NCBI GenBank assembly: GCA_040755455.1
Contig: JBFMAY010000019.1
Location: forward strand, 1 to 64,000
Source of the DNA: Thermodesulfobacteriota bacterium
Lineage (GTDB): Bacteria > Desulfobacterota > Desulfobulbia > Desulfobulbales > SURF-16
Reading direction: 5' to 3'
Length of the DNA stretch: 64,000 bases
The first letter of the stretch is position 1; every line of letters begins with the position of its first letter. The notes beneath the pieces are model-generated. The model was not told where the DNA came from, did not search any database, and saw only the letters and a list, made by a program, of their open reading frames with translations. Below are positions 60,798 through 64,000 of this stretch, piece after piece. The translations under genes were made by a program, and so were the position numbers.

Positions 60798-61095
60798 CCT
60801 GATTAGCGCTAATCTTCCGCAAGGCGTAGTTTGTACTCAGGGATCTTGCAAGATCTGGCGGCAGTGAATACAAAACTCTTGAACATTTGCTGGAGATCAA
60901 AACGCCGGTTAACGCGGTATTGAACCTCGCCCAGGTAGCGGTGAGCATATTTTTCAAAGTCGAAAGCATGGTACGTTAAAGAAGGGTGGCTTGCTCGCGC
61001 ACAAACATGACCTCCATGAGTTTATGCTTGATTCGCCATGCGTTTGATAACAAACACCAAGGAGGCGTTTGAACTCCAGAATAGAGATATCTTTT
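60798..61095 (-). pseudogene. Internally deleted IS1595-family transposase remnant with one terminal end
   Basis: Broken frames give ISILEFKRLLGVCYQT / AWRIKHKLMEVM joined to TYHAFDFEKYAHRYLGEVQYRVNRRFDL...LRLAED; ends in TAATCAGG. Confidence 0.8.
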
Positions 61096-61205
61096 TTTTG
61101 CCACAGGCGCATTGCCTCTCTGATAAGTTCAGAGGTAGAGCCGTAAGCTCCGGACTGAACCTTGTTTTTGATTGTGGCAAGCATATCAGGAGGCAGCGTA
61201 ATCGT
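61096..61205 (-). pseudogene. Truncated ribbon-helix-helix ParD-like antitoxin fragment
   Basis: ITLPPDMLATIKNKVQSGAYGSTSELIREAMRLWQ, fused in frame to the IS remnant. Confidence 0.7.
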
Positions 61206-61386
61206 ACTACCCTGGTCAAGGAAGTCAATATTCTCTGTCTCATTAAGAAAAGATTCCACCCTGGGTATTTGGTCCTTGTTCTTTATCCTTGGTCAGGTTG
61301 GCTATATTTTTACTGAAACCGTCGTCCGAGTGTATTTTCCTTCTATCCTGACCCTGGGCGCTTGAAAGCAAATTCTTATCACCCCC

Positions 61387-63582
61387 CTACTCTCCTTTAT
61401 CGATCACTACCCACCTGCCGTCCGGGGTGATCTCGAAGTCCGCGCCCAGATCGGTATTGCTGTCGCCGCCGACCCAGACCTGGAAACGGCCTGGCTCAAG
61501 GACCTCATGACCATTGTCATCCAGATAAGAAACTTCCTTCGGGCCGAGTCTGAACAGAATGGTTTTGATCTGGCCGGCCTCAAGAGAGACGCGCTCGAAT
61601 CCTTTCAGTTCCCTGACAGGGCGCGCGACACTGGCGACGACATCCCGCACGTAACATTGGGCGACGGTTGTCCCGGCCCTGTCGCCGGTGTTCGTCACCT
61701 GGGCGGTCACGACGATTTCAGGTATTTGCGGATCCGCAGTCGCACACAGATTGCCATATTTGAAGGTCGTATACGATAATCCGAAGCCGAACGGGAACAG
61801 CGGGGAGTCGAGTGAGTCTACGTAACGGGAATGACGACGGCTGTCCCGAGGCAACGGCCTGCCGGTGGAACGATGGTTGTAATAAAGTGGGATCTGCCCG
61901 GTAGACCGCGGAAAGGTGATGGGCAGCCGCCCGGACGGATTCACATCCCCGAAAAGGATGTCGGTAACCCCCAGACCGCCGGTAATGCCCGGATGCCACG
62001 CGAACAGGACGGCGTCGGCCCAGTCCATCACCCGGGTGAGATTCAGCGGCCTGCCACCGAACACAACGGCGACTATCGGTATTTCCATACGGCGGGCCGA
62101 CTCTACCAGCGCCTCCTGGCCGGCGGGCAGATCGATGGTGGTCGTGCAGTTATCCTCGCCGGAGCGGCCCTCCGATTCGCCGATAGCGAGGATCATCACA
62201 TCGCTTGCACGCGCCAGTTTCACGGCATCGTCGACCAATTCATAATGGTGGAGCCGGGTTTCGGCCCCCATTCGGCCGGTGATGGCCTCTTTCAGTGTCG
62301 TCACCTCTTCATCCCGCCCGTCGATAGTCCAGCAGCCAAAGAGCTCCTTGCGCCTGTCTGCAAGCGGCCCACTCAGGCAGACAGTAAGATTGTCGGAGCG
62401 GAGCGGCAGGACGCCGTTATTTTTTAACAGGACCATGCTGTCGGCGGCCAATCGGCGCATAACGGCAAGCGATTCGGGCAAGAGGTGGACAGCCTGTGAT
62501 GCTTCCGGATCAACATACGGGCTCTCGAAGAGACCGAGGGCGAACTTTATCCGCAGCACCCGGCGAACGGCATCGTCCAGACGTTCCTCGGAGAATTTGC
62601 CGGACTGGACCAGGTCGGGAAGGTTGTTCAGGTACACCATCGAGCACATGTCCATATCCACCCCGGCTCCGCAGCCCAATTCGGCGGCATGTTTGTCGTC
62701 GTCGGCAATGCCGTGGTTGGTCAATTCCCGCACCGCCCCCCAGTCGGAAACGACAAAGCCGCCGAACCCCCATTGTTCTTTCAGCACTTCGGTGAGCAGA
62801 TACCGATGGGCAGAGAGCGGGATGCCGCCGATATCATGAAAGGCGCTCATCACGGTGCCGCACCCGGATTGTATCGCCGCTTTGAAGGTTGCCAGATAGA
62901 CGTTGTGCAGCGTCTGCCGTGTGATTTCGGTGGTGTTGTAATCGCGCCCGCCTTCCGCCGCTCCGTAGCCGACAAAATGCTTGGCGCAAGCAACGACGCG
63001 ATCGGCAGGAAACCGCTCGGGGATCGCTTCCTGATCGTTGCCTTGAAAACCCCTCACCGCGGCTGCGGCCAGTTTCCCCGCCAGAAAGGGGTCTTCGCCG
63101 AAGCCCTCGGCGACCCGTCCCCAGCGCGGGTCACGGGCGATATCCAGCATGGGCGAAAAGGCCCAATGGACACCATCGGCCCGCGCTTCTTTGGCGGCAA
63201 TGGTGTTGGCGGCCTGAACCAGCTCGGGCGACCAGGCGGCGGCCATCCCGAGAGGAATAGGGGCAACGGTGCGATAGCCGTGAATCACATCCCGTCCGAA
63301 GATCAACGGGATTCCCAATCGGGATTCGGTGACCGCAATCTTCTGGACTTCGTTGTTGCGCCTGGCAAGAATCCGTTCCTGGGGGGTATTGCCGGCCGTG
63401 GAGCTGCCGGCAAGAAGATCGGAACCGATCTCACCTTTGCGAACCATGTCATAATGTTCCGGACCGAGATTGAACCACTGATTCAGTTGCCCGGCTTTTT
63501 CTTTCAAGGTCATGCGGCCGAGCAGATCTTCGATACGCTCCGAAACGGTCAGCGCCGGGTTTTTATATGCTGGAATGGTCAT
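61387..63582 (-). CDS. Glycoside hydrolase family 3 beta-glucosidase (BglX-like), no signal peptide
   Basis: SRLGIP, DVIHG, RDPRWGR..EGFGEDP, CAKHF, GFVVSDW, PFGFGLSYT motifs; FnIII-like tail RPVRELKGF. Confidence 0.95.
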   Translation of the reverse strand: MTIPAYKNPALTVSERIEDLLGRMTLKEKAGQLNQWFNLGPEHYDMVRKGEIGSDLLAGSSTAGNTPQERILARRNNEVQKIAVTESRLGIPLIFGRDVIHGYRTVAPIPLGMAAAWSPELVQAANTIAAKEARADGVHWAFSPMLDIARDPRWGRVAEGFGEDPFLAGKLAAAAVRGFQGNDQEAIPERFPADRVVACAKHFVGYGAAEGGRDYNTTEITRQTLHNVYLATFKAAIQSGCGTVMSAFHDIGGIPLSAHRYLLTEVLKEQWGFGGFVVSDWGAVRELTNHGIADDDKHAAELGCGAGVDMDMCSMVYLNNLPDLVQSGKFSEERLDDAVRRVLRIKFALGLFESPYVDPEASQAVHLLPESLAVMRRLAADSMVLLKNNGVLPLRSDNLTVCLSGPLADRRKELFGCWTIDGRDEEVTTLKEAITGRMGAETRLHHYELVDDAVKLARASDVMILAIGESEGRSGEDNCTTTIDLPAGQEALVESARRMEIPIVAVVFGGRPLNLTRVMDWADAVLFAWHPGITGGLGVTDILFGDVNPSGRLPITFPRSTGQIPLYYNHRSTGRPLPRDSRRHSRYVDSLDSPLFPFGFGLSYTTFKYGNLCATADPQIPEIVVTAQVTNTGDRAGTTVAQCYVRDVVASVARPVRELKGFERVSLEAGQIKTILFRLGPKEVSYLDDNGHEVLEPGRFQVWVGGDSNTDLGADFEITPDGRWVVIDKGE

Positions 63583-63612
63583 GGGAGCAACTCCTTACAA
63601 TTTTTTGATTTA

Positions 63613-63663
63613 GGGGCCGTTACGAAATAACCATTACATTTTGAGACATTTCGTTACGGCCCC
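63613..63663. mobile_element. 51-bp MITE-like palindromic element, copy 3
   Basis: GGGGCCGTTACGAAAT...ATTTCGTTACGGCCCC flanked on both sides by TTA. Confidence 0.75.
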
Positions 63664-63949
63664 TTATGCCGTTTACGATATTATAATGTAACAGTTATTT
63701 TTGAACAACGGCTTACCCTTATTGGATGTGGGCTCTCAACCTTTTACCGTATTTGAAATTTTTCGTTCAACAAGATGCGGGACGGTTATGCGGCCACAAG
63801 GAAACCAGACAGAACGAAACAGCATGTCGATCCTTCTTCTGGTGGAGATTACACTACTTTTTCCGGCGTGGAAATGTAAAGATTTATATGTTATAGACGA
63901 GATTTACAAGGCACGGATAAGCCTCTTCACAGAACGGGGGGAGACAACG

Positions 63950-64000
63950 ATGGCTGAGCTCAGTGTAGATGTTGGCAAACATGTGTGCAAGGTCCTTGAA
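63950..64000 (+). CDS. Possible start of a CDS running off the window
   Basis: SD GGGGAG then ATG; open frame MAELSVDVGKHVCKVLE to the window end. Confidence 0.35.
   Translation, partial: MAELSVDVGKHVCKVLE

Noticed and set aside
60742..60969. 75-aa ORF as a real gene
   Set aside because: It is an alternative frame over the IS1595 C-terminal remnant

Overview
This 64-kb window is most likely chromosomal DNA from a Desulfobacterota (Desulfobulbales-like deltaproteobacterium); that assignment is inferred from gene content and the many sigma54 systems. Most of it is housekeeping: oorDA, metK-ahcY, GH57/malQ, tRNA-Glu, an RpoD-type sigma factor, comEC, pilT, nadK, proC, lpxC/lpxK/waaA, rsmE, murJ, a ClC channel, a dGTPase-like HD protein, fba, two tatA genes, mtaD and a purine nucleoside phosphorylase. 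Six things stand out. (1) A self-contained sigma54 sulfur-oxyanion module at 36.3-45.1 kb: three palindromic enhancer boxes, a His-rich membrane protein, a PAS kinase, a stand-alone receiver, a PhsA/PsrA-like molybdoenzyme with no Tat signal or membrane anchor plus its Fe-S subunit, a split TauE transporter with a large exported N-terminal domain, and a bEBP. This is the best candidate for an under-described system. (2) A large acidic secreted protein with an apparent 1-bp frameshift, sitting behind a duplicated enhancer/IHF/sigma54 block (6.6-9.6 kb). (3) Two divergent long-form ilvC genes: an E. coli-type ilvC-ilvY pair with intact tandem operators, and a plant-type KARI. (4) A ~51-bp MITE-like family with TWA target duplications, three copies. 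(5) An IS200 element. (6) The left edge of an island integrated at tRNA-Pro(CGG), carrying a parD/IS1595 chimeric remnant and a GH3 beta-glucosidase. All family calls come from motif recognition by eye; no database search was run.
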